A DNA stretch of 64,000 bases from Chloroflexota bacterium (lineage in GTDB: Bacteria; Chloroflexota; Chloroflexia; Thermomicrobiales; UBA6265): positions 728-64,727 of the forward strand of contig JAEWEG010000054.1 in NCBI GenBank assembly GCA_023389575.1. Direction: 5' to 3'. Within the stretch, counting starts at the first letter, position 1. Each line of letters opens with the position of its first letter. The position numbers were made by a program, and so were the translations under genes. The notes below the pieces were generated by a model. That model made no database searches. It was given only the letters and a program-made list of their open reading frames with translations, and was not told the origin of the DNA. This document shows, one piece after another, positions 47,638 to 57,417 of this stretch.

Positions 47638-48687
47638 TCAGGCGAGGCTGGGTTCGTTGCCGACGGCTTCGGTGGAGGGAGAGCGGAAGCGCGGGTTGAG
47701 GCGGCGGAGCAGCCAGGCCAGGGCCGGGCGATAGCGGCGTTCCAGCGAGGGCGGGTATGAAATGATGTCGCCGCCGAAACCGGTCTTGAACTGGTCCACA
47801 CCCTTGAGGCTGGCGTCGCGTTTCGAGTCGCTGGCGGCAAGGGGCGTCGTGGTGGAGGTCGGCGCGATGCCGCCCAGGTCGTAGTGGGTGCAGCCGGCGT
47901 CGCGGGCCCATTGCATGGCGGCGAACCGGAGGAGGGCGGCGTCGCCCCGGCCGCGATGGGCGCTGGACGAACCGGAGTACATGGAGCGGGCGAGGTGCCC
48001 GGTGCGCACCGCTATGATGCCACTGGTGACGATCTCGTCGCGGCGGGTGAAGAGCAGGACCGCCTGGTCGCCGAAGAGATCGAGGAAATCGTTGTAGTAC
48101 GACTGCTCGTGAATACCGAAGCCACCGCGGGCGGAGGTGTCTTCGAGCAGGTGATAGAAGGTGCGCTTGTTCGCGGCCGTGGGTTGGGCGATTTCGGCGG
48201 TGACATCGTGGCGGATGGCGTACGAGACGTTGTGGCGGGTGTCCTTCCGCATCTGAGCGAGCATGACGTCGTCGCTGGCGAGAGGAACCTTGACCGTGCG
48301 CGGGGTCTGGATTGACGCCGGACCGAGGGCCAGTCCCTTGTTGTCCTGGAAGGCATGAGTGGGCAGCGGGTGGTCGGGGTCGATGTAGAGCACGATCGCG
48401 CGGTGGCGAGCGCATACCTGGTCAATCTGGCGGACGAGGTCCGGAATCGCGCCCGGGCCCGGTCCGAAGACGGGTCCCCGGGGAATGTAGGCGACGGATA
48501 GTGGGCCGCGCTGGCGGAACAGGATCTGGGCCTGTGCGTGGTCGGAGGCGTTGGTGGCGGCGACACGTTCGACCAGCCAGCCGTGGCGTTGCTTGAATTC
48601 ACCCCAGTTCCAGCTCTGGAGGAGGTCTCCATTTCGTGACGCGATGGCTTCATCCCACGCGGCGGCGGTGTTGATGAGGAGATTCAT
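47638..48687 (-). CDS. FemAB-family peptidoglycan interpeptide-bridge aminoacyltransferase
   Basis: LLQSWNWGEFKQRHGW..., MRKDTRHNVSYAIR, ...MYSGSS... and YDLGGI follow the FemX-like pattern. Confidence 0.75.
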   Translation of the reverse strand: MNLLINTAAAWDEAIASRNGDLLQSWNWGEFKQRHGWLVERVAATNASDHAQAQILFRQRGPLSVAYIPRGPVFGPGPGAIPDLVRQIDQVCARHRAIVLYIDPDHPLPTHAFQDNKGLALGPASIQTPRTVKVPLASDDVMLAQMRKDTRHNVSYAIRHDVTAEIAQPTAANKRTFYHLLEDTSARGGFGIHEQSYYNDFLDLFGDQAVLLFTRRDEIVTSGIIAVRTGHLARSMYSGSSSAHRGRGDAALLRFAAMQWARDAGCTHYDLGGIAPTSTTTPLAASDSKRDASLKGVDQFKTGFGGDIISYPPSLERRYRPALAWLLRRLNPRFRSPSTEAVGNEPSLA

Positions 48688-48996
48688 GATTAGCCGAAGC
48701 GCGGTCCTTCCGCGAGACCCGGTTAGCGCACACAGGGTGCCACAGGCTCAAAGTGTAGTCCATCGATTTCGCTGGCCATCGCCGTCGTCCGAATTGGGCC
48801 TTCGGCACTGGTACTTCCATAAAGAAGAGGGTGTCCGTTGCTGGCTGATACAGTGGATCCGGTGCTGACGACTGGGTCACGGGCCGGAATCGCGTGGACT
48901 GGTATGATCACACCCGGTATGGAGGGATGCGGCGGTGTTCGGGCCGTGGACATTGCCATCCAGCTATTCGCGTGACAGGCTCGGGTCAGGTTGTCG

Positions 48997-50211
48997 ATGA
49001 ATAAGAATCCGTTTCCGGCCGGGAGTGGCCCCACGGCGATCGTGCTGAACGTGAGCTTCGCTGGGTTGGCCGCGATCCGAACCCTCAGCCGGGCTCGAGT
49101 GCCGGTGATCGGGCTCGATCCCGACGCGAGTCATGCCGGGTTCGTGTCGCGTCATGGCACGTCGCTGGTGTGCCCGCATCCGGTGCGGGAGCCGGATCGG
49201 CTGGTGGATTTCCTGCTGGAACAGGGCAAGAAGCTGGATCGGCCCGGGGTGCTTTCACCCGCGTCGGACGGCTTCGTGCTGTTCGTGTCGCGGTACCGGG
49301 AGGCGCTCGGGGAATATTTTCGGTACGCGCTGCCCGACCCCGATGTGATGGAGTCAGCGGTGGACAAACGCGGCCTGTACGACCTCGCGGCGGGAGTGGG
49401 ATACAACCACGCCACCACGTGGTACCCGGAAACGATGGACGATGTCGAGCGGATCAAGGATGAGCTGGATTATCCCGCCTTCATCAAACCGCAATATTCG
49501 CACCTGTGGCAGGTGCATTTCCCGGAAGAGGGGAAGGGCATCAAGGTCTTCGGGCCGGACGAACTGGAGCGGGCGTTCGAGCGGATTCTTCCGACGGGAG
49601 TCGAGGTGATGGTGCAGTCCATCATCCAGGGACCGGCGTCGAACGTGCGAACGGTGTACGCGTACATCAACGGCGAGGGCGAGCCGCTGGGGTTACTGAC
49701 AACGCGGAAGATTCGGCAGTTCCCGATGGAGTTCGGGCGCGGCTCGCTGGCGGAAACCTTCCACGATGAGGAACTGTCGGCGTATGGCCTGGAGTTCTTC
49801 CGGAGGATTGGCTGGCGTGGCTTCGCGACGATCGAGTTCAAGAAGGATGATCGCGACGGCCTGTTGAAGGTCACTGACCTCAACGCCCGGTGGGTGAAGC
49901 CGACGATGTTGCCGGTGACGGCGGGCGTGAACTTCCCGTTGCTGCACTACCTCGATGTCGCCGGCCAATCGCCAGAGCCCCAGATGAAGTACAGGGCGGG
50001 TGTGCGGTGGCTGGACGCGATCGGCGACATGTCCACCTCGTGGACGATGTACAGGAGGGGAGAGCTGTCGCCACTGCAATGGGCGCGATCGTTGATGGGC
50101 GTGCGTGCGTTTCCGGCGTTCGCCCCGGACGACATGAAGCCGTTCCTTCACGAGTACGACCATGGCCGGCGGCTGGCGCGGCCGGTCCTTCGCAGGCTGC
50201 GTCGTGGCTAG
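48997..50211 (+). CDS. ATP-grasp carboxylate-amine ligase (COG3919-like, the family that includes D-aspartate ligase)
   Basis: GLAAIRTLSRARVPVIGLD, PAFIKPQYSH, MVQSIIQG and GFATIEFKKD...LKVTDLNARW are present. The gene is divergent from the FemAB gene. Confidence 0.65.
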   Translation: MNKNPFPAGSGPTAIVLNVSFAGLAAIRTLSRARVPVIGLDPDASHAGFVSRHGTSLVCPHPVREPDRLVDFLLEQGKKLDRPGVLSPASDGFVLFVSRYREALGEYFRYALPDPDVMESAVDKRGLYDLAAGVGYNHATTWYPETMDDVERIKDELDYPAFIKPQYSHLWQVHFPEEGKGIKVFGPDELERAFERILPTGVEVMVQSIIQGPASNVRTVYAYINGEGEPLGLLTTRKIRQFPMEFGRGSLAETFHDEELSAYGLEFFRRIGWRGFATIEFKKDDRDGLLKVTDLNARWVKPTMLPVTAGVNFPLLHYLDVAGQSPEPQMKYRAGVRWLDAIGDMSTSWTMYRRGELSPLQWARSLMGVRAFPAFAPDDMKPFLHEYDHGRRLARPVLRRLRRG

Positions 50212-50273
50212 CCCGACCGGTTCCAATCCATGAGTGAAACCCGCGCTGTTCAGGGTGGATTGGTGAGTCGCCT

Positions 50274-51875
50274 GTGACAGGGGTCCGGCGAAGACTGGGA
50301 AAGGTGATATCGCGGGATGCGGCGCGGTCGATGGCGGGCAACGCCGCGATCGTGGCGATGGCGTACGCGGTCAGCCGGGTGCTGGGGATGGTTCGGGAGG
50401 TGGTGATCGCCGCCCGGTTCGGCACCGGCGAGGACTACGACGCCTACATCGCGGCGTTCCGGATACCCGACCTGTTGTTCGTGCTGGTCATGAGCGGGGC
50501 GTTCGGGTCCGCGTTCATCCCGGTCTTCGGCGGCTACCTGGCGCGCGGCGATGAGCAACGGGCGTGGAAGCTGGCGAACGCGCTGCTGACCTGGACGGTG
50601 ATCGTGCTGGCGGTGGTGGCGCAACTGATCCTGCTGTTCGCAGAGCCGCTGGTGAAAGGCCTCATCGCCCCGGAGATGTCGCCCGATGGGCAGGACCTGG
50701 CAATCGACCTGACCCGGATGCTGCTGTTGTCGCCCTTGTTGCTGGGGCTGGGCGCGGCGGCGAAGGGGATGCTCGAAGCGCAGGAGCTGTTCACGCTGCC
50801 GGCTATCGCGCCGATCGTCTACAACCTCGGGATCATCGTTGGCGCCGCCTTGCTGGCGCCAGCCTGGGGAGCGTACGGGCTGGCCTGGGGGGTGATCCTG
50901 GGGGCGCTGGGTCACTGCGGCATCCAGTTCGCCTACCTGCTTCGGAACGGGCTCAGGATCCGCCCGGTGTTCTCGTTGCGCACGGAGGGGATGGGCGAGG
51001 TGGGGCGGCTGGTGGGGCCGCGGCTGTTCAGCCAGCTCGTTGGGCAATCGAACCTCATCGTGATGACGAACTTCGCCTCGCGGGCGGCGGAGGGAAGTAT
51101 TTCGGCGTTGTACTACGGCCAGCACCTGGTGATGCTGCCGCACGGCATCCTGGCGTTGAGCCTCTCGACGGTGATCTTTCCGCGCATGGCGCGGCAGTTT
51201 GGGCTCGGCCAGGTCGATGAGCTGCGCCAGACGCTGTCGCGGGCGATCCGGCCGCTGGTGTTCCTGACGGTACCCGCTGTGCTCGTGCTGCTGCTGTTGC
51301 GAACGAGCATCGTGCATGTGTTGCTGCAATACGGTCAGTTCGCGGCGGATTCGACGGAGAAGGTGTCGGAGGCGGTTGCATGGTTCGCGCTCGGATTGCT
51401 GGCGCGAAGCGTTATCGAGCCGCTGACGCGTGCGTTCCACGCGATGCACGACACCATGACGCCACTGCTTGTGTCGGTGGGATCGGTGGCGCTCAACGTG
51501 GGGCTGAGCTGGGTGTTGCTGGACGAGATGGGATTTGGCGGGCTGGCGTTGAGCATGTCGATCAGCTACTCGGCGCGGATGCTGGCGCTGCTTGGGCTCG
51601 CGTCGGTCAGGATTCCTGGCCTGGCGGTGGGCCTGCTGAAGCCACTGGCGCGGATGCTTCCGGCCACGGCGGTGGTCGCGGGGTTGGGCCTGCTGGTGGG
51701 CGATCCGCTGGCGGGGGTGACCGATCCGGAGCAGGGACGCTCGGTATGGGACTACGCGGCGTTCGTGGTGACGCTGGCTGGGCTGGCGGCGGTCTACCTG
51801 GGGGTGGCGTTCGTGACGCGAGTCCCGGAGGTGCGGGCGATTGGCGGTGGAATATGGCGGCGGCTGAGGCGGTAG
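50274..51875 (+). CDS. murJ: Lipid II flippase MurJ (MviN family)
   Basis: GTG start. VSRVLGMVREVVIAARFGTGEDYDAYIAAFRIPDLLF is the canonical MurJ N-terminus. About 14 helices are predicted. Confidence 0.9.
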   Translation: MTGVRRRLGKVISRDAARSMAGNAAIVAMAYAVSRVLGMVREVVIAARFGTGEDYDAYIAAFRIPDLLFVLVMSGAFGSAFIPVFGGYLARGDEQRAWKLANALLTWTVIVLAVVAQLILLFAEPLVKGLIAPEMSPDGQDLAIDLTRMLLLSPLLLGLGAAAKGMLEAQELFTLPAIAPIVYNLGIIVGAALLAPAWGAYGLAWGVILGALGHCGIQFAYLLRNGLRIRPVFSLRTEGMGEVGRLVGPRLFSQLVGQSNLIVMTNFASRAAEGSISALYYGQHLVMLPHGILALSLSTVIFPRMARQFGLGQVDELRQTLSRAIRPLVFLTVPAVLVLLLLRTSIVHVLLQYGQFAADSTEKVSEAVAWFALGLLARSVIEPLTRAFHAMHDTMTPLLVSVGSVALNVGLSWVLLDEMGFGGLALSMSISYSARMLALLGLASVRIPGLAVGLLKPLARMLPATAVVAGLGLLVGDPLAGVTDPEQGRSVWDYAAFVVTLAGLAAVYLGVAFVTRVPEVRAIGGGIWRRLRR

Positions 51876-51917
51876 CGCAGGCGTCTTCTTAGGGCGTTCT
51901 TAGGCTCCGGTGAGAAC

Positions 51918-51955
51918 CTGAATGTACGGCACGCGACGAGGCGTGACGCATTCAG
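51918..51955 (+). terminator. Compound hairpin between murJ and the multicopper oxidase gene
   Basis: ctgaatg...cacgc-gacgag-gcgtg...cattcag. It could terminate murJ or lie in the oxidase leader. Confidence 0.3.
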
Positions 51956-51973
51956 CGATTGCACGGAGCATTC

Positions 51974-53560
51974 ATGTCCACATCACTTCCATCTCCAACC
52001 ACGACTCGACGAAAGAAGTACACGCGGCGCGCGCTGATGGCGGGCGGCGGCCTGCTCGGCTGCTGCGTGCTGGTATCGGGGGCGGGCACGGCTGCCTGGT
52101 TTTTCGGCAACCGGCCCGAAAGCAATGTCGGCGAACTCGATTTCACGACCGAACTGGCGATTCCTCCGCTGCTGGAGCCGGAGATCGACGGTGATGGGCG
52201 AAAGGTCTTCGACCTGACGCTGCAAACCGGAAGCGCCCGGATCGTGCCGGACGGTGACGCGCAGACCTGGGGCGTCAATGGCGCGTTCCTGGGTCCAACG
52301 CTGCGCGCGCGGCGAGGTGACGAGGTGGCGTTCCGGATTCACAACGAGTTGCCGGAGGATACCTCGATACACTGGCACGGCATGCACCTGCCAGCGGTGA
52401 TGGATGGCGGTCCGCACCAGATGATCGATGTCGGGACGACCTGGGAACCGACCTGGACCATCCACCAGCCAGCATCGACGCTGTGGTATCACCCTCATCC
52501 ACATGGGAAGACCGCCGAGCATGTCTACAAGGGTGTGGCCGGGCTGTTCCTGCTGGACGATGACGAGAGCGACGAAACCGGACTGCCCAGCGAGTATGGG
52601 GTCGACGACATTCCGCTGATCATCCAGGACCGGAACTTCACCGGCGACGGCGAGATGACGATGGACGGCGGGTCGTTCCTCGATGACCTCGGCGGCAGTT
52701 CGAGTTTCGGCGTGCTGGGCGACACGATGCTGGTGAACGGGACATGGAACCCGTTCCTGGAGGTCGGCAGGAACCTGGTGCGGTTCCGGTTGCTGAACGG
52801 CTCGAACGCGCGTTTCTACAACCTCGGGTTCGAGGATGACCGTTCGTTTCACCAGGTGGCCACGGACAACGGTCTGGTTCCGGGGGAACCGGTGGAGTTG
52901 ACACGGCTACTGATGGGGCCAGGCGAACGGGCCGAGATCGTGGTGGCGTTCGCGCCCGGTGACGAGGTCGTGATGCGGGCGTTCAAGGCGGATCTTGGAG
53001 ACAGCGGGCGGGCCATCGGCGCGAATGACACCTGGGACATCATCCAGTTCCGCGCGGCGGAGTCACTGGAAGACGTTGGGATTCTGCCGGAGACACTGGG
53101 CGAGGGCACCCAGACGGCGGCGGTGCCCAGCGACGCATTGGTGCGGTCGTTCACCCTGCAGGGGCACAGCCAGATCAACGGTCAGGAGATGGACATGTTC
53201 CGGATCGACGAGGTGGTTCCCGCCGGGGCGCTGGAGGTTTGGGAAGTGCGGTCGAACGGCCAGCCGCACACGTTCCACATTCACGGCTGCACCTTCCACG
53301 TGCTGGAGGTTGAAGGCGAGGAGCCGGGCCCGGAACTGCGCGGCCCGATGGACACCGTGTTCGTTGGCCCGGGACATTCGGTGAAACTGCTGGTGCAATT
53401 CGAGGAGTACACCGATCCAGAAATGCCGTACATGTTCCACTGCCACCTGCTGAGGCATGAGGACAACGGGATGATGGGGCAGTTCGTGGTGGTGGACCCG
53501 GGGACCGAGGACTCGGTGCCGAGAACGCTGGAAGACGACGGCGAACATCACGGCCATTGA
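51974..53560 (+). CDS. Tat-secreted multicopper oxidase (CueO/bilirubin-oxidase type)
   Basis: RRKKYTRRALMAGGG is the Tat signal. The copper motifs are HWHGMHLP, WYHPHPHG, HTFHIHG and HCHLLRHEDNGMM. Confidence 0.9.
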   Translation: MSTSLPSPTTTRRKKYTRRALMAGGGLLGCCVLVSGAGTAAWFFGNRPESNVGELDFTTELAIPPLLEPEIDGDGRKVFDLTLQTGSARIVPDGDAQTWGVNGAFLGPTLRARRGDEVAFRIHNELPEDTSIHWHGMHLPAVMDGGPHQMIDVGTTWEPTWTIHQPASTLWYHPHPHGKTAEHVYKGVAGLFLLDDDESDETGLPSEYGVDDIPLIIQDRNFTGDGEMTMDGGSFLDDLGGSSSFGVLGDTMLVNGTWNPFLEVGRNLVRFRLLNGSNARFYNLGFEDDRSFHQVATDNGLVPGEPVELTRLLMGPGERAEIVVAFAPGDEVVMRAFKADLGDSGRAIGANDTWDIIQFRAAESLEDVGILPETLGEGTQTAAVPSDALVRSFTLQGHSQINGQEMDMFRIDEVVPAGALEVWEVRSNGQPHTFHIHGCTFHVLEVEGEEPGPELRGPMDTVFVGPGHSVKLLVQFEEYTDPEMPYMFHCHLLRHEDNGMMGQFVVVDPGTEDSVPRTLEDDGEHHGH

Positions 53561-53737
53561 TGGAAGGGATCGGCGAGGGACACGTGCTGGGCGGACAACA
53601 ACCGCCTGAGCAATGCATGAGGAGGCGAAGCAGGCACCGGCGGCAGGTCCGCCCGTACGCTGGATGGGTGGTGGTCGCCGGATATCGTATATGCGTAAGC
53701 GAGCGAGTGCGAGCTCTTCCCGAGAAGGTCAAGGTCC

Positions 53738-54001
53738 CTATGGCCGCGGAACGACGCCGAGACCATGTTCCCAGGTTGGTGTTCCTTCGGACCGCCCGTT
53801 GATTGGCGTGGACTTGCCCGCGCCGTTGGGGCCGACGTAGGCGACCGATTCGCCTGGCTCGATGCTGAACGAGACATCCTCGACCGCGACGACTTCCCTG
53901 AAGCGACGCCGGACCAGGTGATGCAGGGCGCCCTTGAGGCCGGGTGATTTCTCGGCGCGGCGAAAGTGCTTGCTCAGGTTGGTGGCTTCGATGATCGGCA
54001 C
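53738..54001 (-). pseudogene. Truncated paralogue of the ABC ATPase gene (N-terminal roughly 65 codons through Walker A only)
   Basis: (GTG)PIIEATNLSKHFRRAEKSPGLKGALHHLV...VSFSIEPGESVAYVGPNGAGKST parallels MPIIEARELTKRFRRPLKPPGFTGALRHLV...LAIEPGESVAYVGPNGAGKST of 57417..58451. After that, similarity is lost. Confidence 0.7.
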
Positions 54002-54016
54002 TGATTTGCAGCCCTC

Positions 54017-54042
54017 GTCGTTTCCGAATATTCGGAAACGAC
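54017..54042 (-). terminator. Perfect 12-bp-stem palindrome downstream of 54149..55525
   Basis: gtcgtttccgaa-ta-ttcggaaacgac. Confidence 0.45.
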
Positions 54043-54148
54043 AGGATGGCACGTACGCCCCGGGGCGTGGCCCTGTGGTTCCGTGGAGCAATGGGCAGGG
54101 GAGGGAGCGCCACCCGGCGCTGCCCCCCATCAGTGTGCCCGGTTCGGG

Positions 54149-55525
54149 CTAGGCGTGGAGAGTGGCGGGGATCGCCGCGGTGGTTGGCATGGCCCTGTCG
54201 AACAGTGCGTCTGGCAGTTCGAGCGGGTCGCAGTCGCCGTTCTCCATGCGTTCGAGTTGGGCTTCGGCAAGTTCGATGACGATGTCCGGCTGGTAATCGG
54301 TCATCGCGTCGAGGCGGATGGAGAACACCTGGTCGTCGACCTGGACGAGGATGATGGTTGCATGTCCATCGGACGCGGTGTGGTTGAAGAGGGCGGTGCC
54401 GTCGCCCAGGTCCGGATGGTCGTCGATCTGCTCGACATCGGAGTAGGAGGGGTTGTCTCGCAGGTAGGCCTCCTCGACCCCGGCGAGGTAGTCCGCCGCG
54501 GCATCGTCACTGGTGAGGTTGCGAACCTGGCCCCGGTACCACACCTCGCCATCGAGCGCGCCAACGGCAGTGTCGTCGATGCGCTGGGTGGCGACGTAAC
54601 TATCGACCATGCCTTGCTCGTCCATTTCTGCCTGGGCGATGTCAAGATCCTCGAACGTTTCCGCGGAGAGGGCGAAGGTCTTGCCATTGAGCGTTTGATA
54701 CTCGGCGCGGATGTCGGTCGTGCGTTCATCCTGGAACTCGGGGGCGCAGAACGACAGGCCGGGCTGGTAGAGATATTCGGCGAGTTCGAGCCGTTTGAGT
54801 TGCTGTTCAACGAGGGGAATGAGCAGGTCGATGTCAGGCGCCGGGTAGGTGTAGGTATTCATCAGCGCGACCGAGACGACCAGGTTGTCGACCTGGGCCC
54901 AGAGGGTGGTGAAGTGGTCGTCCACTCCATCTGCGTACTGGTGGGTAACCAGTTCCCAGCCCCGGGTGGTGGCCCCGTCGATCTCAAGGGCGGGCTCGAT
55001 GGGGGTGGCGCTTTCGGAGATGGTGAGTTCTTCCAGCAGGTCCGTATCGTCAAACCAGGCTAATGCCTCTTCGGCCCCGTCCTCGTTCTCGAATTCCTCG
55101 ATGGTGATGGCAACGCCGAGGGACCAATACCCGTCCCTGCCGGGTTCGGGGAGATCGAGCAGGGCGCTGTGGGAGCGGATCCAGCCAGCGTCCTCGAGCA
55201 TGGCTGTCGCTTCCCGCTCGCCCATCAGGCCGAGCGTGAGCCCGCCGCGACCCTCCGCGTAAGTTGAATTTCGCACCGCTTCATCGATGGTGGTGAAGCT
55301 GGTGCTGAAGGACATTCCGTACGGGTAAGCATCGTTGATTGGGTGGCCCGGTTCGTCGATGAGCCAGTCGAGGTCGTCCGAGTGGAGGATGAGGGCGGCG
55401 AGGTCCAGCGGCGGGTCGGATTGGGCCACGGTGGCTGGCGGCGGTCCCGCGAGCACGCCCGCGAGGACTAAGAACGCCATCACGGCTCGCTTGATGGACG
55501 GCGGATTGACGGTCGCGAAGTTCAT
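54149..55525 (-). CDS. Secreted hypothetical protein
   Basis: The signal peptide is KRAVMAFLVLAGVLAGPPPATVAQ. The ORF is acidic, 458 aa, with no recognised motif. Confidence 0.55.
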   Translation of the reverse strand: MNFATVNPPSIKRAVMAFLVLAGVLAGPPPATVAQSDPPLDLAALILHSDDLDWLIDEPGHPINDAYPYGMSFSTSFTTIDEAVRNSTYAEGRGGLTLGLMGEREATAMLEDAGWIRSHSALLDLPEPGRDGYWSLGVAITIEEFENEDGAEEALAWFDDTDLLEELTISESATPIEPALEIDGATTRGWELVTHQYADGVDDHFTTLWAQVDNLVVSVALMNTYTYPAPDIDLLIPLVEQQLKRLELAEYLYQPGLSFCAPEFQDERTTDIRAEYQTLNGKTFALSAETFEDLDIAQAEMDEQGMVDSYVATQRIDDTAVGALDGEVWYRGQVRNLTSDDAAADYLAGVEEAYLRDNPSYSDVEQIDDHPDLGDGTALFNHTASDGHATIILVQVDDQVFSIRLDAMTDYQPDIVIELAEAQLERMENGDCDPLELPDALFDRAMPTTAAIPATLHA

Positions 55526-55714
55526 TGCCGGGTCTCCTTGTGTGCTGACGCGAGGTGCGACTTGCCTGTCATACCGGCACGATAGGACGGCGATCTTCCG
55601 GCAATCTTCCGGGTGCGATCGAGTCGTTCAGCACACACCCAGGAACGGCGCTCACGGGGCCGTCTTGCGTATGTCTTCGGCTTTCCGGCGGTGGTGCGCT
55701 CTGGTAGCGCGGGG

Positions 55715-56497
55715 TTAGTGGCCGGCGCCCTGGTAGCGGTTGAGGCCCCGGTGCCAGCAAAAGGAGGTGATCGCCACCATGACCGCCGCGACGAGGGGAG
55801 TGAGGTAGCCGAGCCAGCGAATGGGTGAGTCCTTCTCCAGCAGCACCAGGGTGGGGTAGTAGTTGACGAAGGCGAAGGGCAGGACGGTGGTGAGCCCGAC
55901 GCGGATGAACCAGCCGTAGATCTCGATCGGGAACTTGGTGAGGTCGATCAGGTTCGCGACCAGGAAGGGGAAGGCGCTCGACGTGCCAGGTTCCCAGAAG
56001 CCGATCATGTTGGAGAGGTACGCCACGCAACTGACGATGACCAACCCGCAGAGGGCGACCACCACGACCCACGCCACCTTGCCGATGGTCCAGTCCACGC
56101 CGGCCCGGCCGCAGGAAAGCAGGAACACGATCAGCCCAAGCAGGAAATTGCCGGCGCCGTGAATGCTGGAGGTGAGCGTGGCGGTCTGGAGCGCGATCGA
56201 GACGGGCCGGACCAGCACGCGGTCGAAATCCCCAAAATTGATGACGCGGCGCAGCATCCAGGGACCATCGCAAAGCAGTTCGCGGGCGCCGTAGGCCATC
56301 AGGGTGAAGCCATACAGCATGGCGATTTCCCAGAGGGTCCAGCCGTTGACAGAGGGGATGCGGCTGAAGATGGCGCTGATGAAGATGAGGCTGAATCCCT
56401 GGGTGAGGAGAGCGCCGACGATGCCGATCCAGAAATCGCCCCGGTACTCGACAAACATGCGGAGCTGGAGAAAGATCAGCCGCCAGTAAAGGCGCAC
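55715..56497 (-). CDS. ABC-2 type transporter permease (DUF990-like)
   Basis: 260 aa with six helices. FVEYRGDFWIGIV is the N-terminal pattern typical of this family. Confidence 0.7.
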   Translation of the reverse strand: MRLYWRLIFLQLRMFVEYRGDFWIGIVGALLTQGFSLIFISAIFSRIPSVNGWTLWEIAMLYGFTLMAYGARELLCDGPWMLRRVINFGDFDRVLVRPVSIALQTATLTSSIHGAGNFLLGLIVFLLSCGRAGVDWTIGKVAWVVVVALCGLVIVSCVAYLSNMIGFWEPGTSSAFPFLVANLIDLTKFPIEIYGWFIRVGLTTVLPFAFVNYYPTLVLLEKDSPIRWLGYLTPLVAAVMVAITSFCWHRGLNRYQGAGH

Positions 56498-56568
56498 GTT
56501 GAATCGCTAGCGGGCAAGCGTCGAGGTGGTGGATGGCGGAACGCGCCGGGTGGACGGCTGCATCATGG

Positions 56569-57417
56569 CTAGCCTCCCTGGATTTCGACGGCGCGGAAGG
56601 CCCTGGGCCAGGCCCATTCCGCGAACAGCCAGAGCAGGATCAACCAGGCCACCTGTGCGCCGAAGACGAGGGCGAGCCGGCCGCCCTCGAGGTGGCCGAG
56701 GTAGATGGTGGCCGGGGTGGAGACGATGCCGCGGAGGGGAGACCAATCGGCGACCGTGGCGAGCCAGCCAGGGAGGAACTGGATGGGTATGAGAACGCCC
56801 GCGAAGATGTTGACGATGGCGATCTGCGTTCCATTGATCCCGGTGGGATTGGTGACCCAGAACACAAGCAACGTGTAGCTGAAGACGAACAGGAACTTGG
56901 TGAGGAAGCCGATTGGCAGGCTGACGAGGAAGAGCAGGCCGTAGCCGATCGAGGCGGGTGGCTGCATGTCGAGAAAGACGATGCCGACGCCAATAGTCAG
57001 CGTGAAGCTGACCGCTCCTTCGAGGATGGCGAGGCCGACGGCGTACGAAAGCTGGCTGCGCAGGTAGTTGATGGGCCGGATCATGTCGATCACCACGTCG
57101 CCCTGGCGGATGGTGGCGATCATGCGGGAGGCGGAGGCGAACCCGATCATGGCGTTAATGCCATAGGCGAGCAGGATGTAGGTCTGCATCTGGTTCCAGG
57201 TGAACCCTTCGAGCTGGTCCTGCTCGGCGAATACCGCCCGCCAGACGTGGTAGAGGATGACGATCCAGAACATGTTGGCGACGATGCTGCTGATCGCCAT
57301 GATCCGGTAGGCCAGGGCTTGCTGGAGGGTGGCGGCGATGATGCCGAGATACCGGTTGCGCGGGGTCATCCGGTAGCGCTGGTCCGGCGTGCCGCTGGTG
57401 ACGACCGTGCTGGCCAT
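56569..57417 (-). CDS. ABC-2 type transporter permease (DUF990-like), second subunit
   Basis: 282-aa hydrophobic ORF. Its start overlaps the ATPase stop (ATGA). Confidence 0.7.
   Translation of the reverse strand: MASTVVTSGTPDQRYRMTPRNRYLGIIAATLQQALAYRIMAISSIVANMFWIVILYHVWRAVFAEQDQLEGFTWNQMQTYILLAYGINAMIGFASASRMIATIRQGDVVIDMIRPINYLRSQLSYAVGLAILEGAVSFTLTIGVGIVFLDMQPPASIGYGLLFLVSLPIGFLTKFLFVFSYTLLVFWVTNPTGINGTQIAIVNIFAGVLIPIQFLPGWLATVADWSPLRGIVSTPATIYLGHLEGGRLALVFGAQVAWLILLWLFAEWAWPRAFRAVEIQGG

Noticed and set aside
46094-48415. 773-aa maximal ORF on the minus strand. Comparable over-long ORFs are 30442..32067, 4033..5136, 57417..58877 and 36629..38149.
   Set aside because: Only the downstream portions show family motifs and a plausible RBS and start. 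The upstream extensions overlap neighbouring genes or read as low-complexity sequence.
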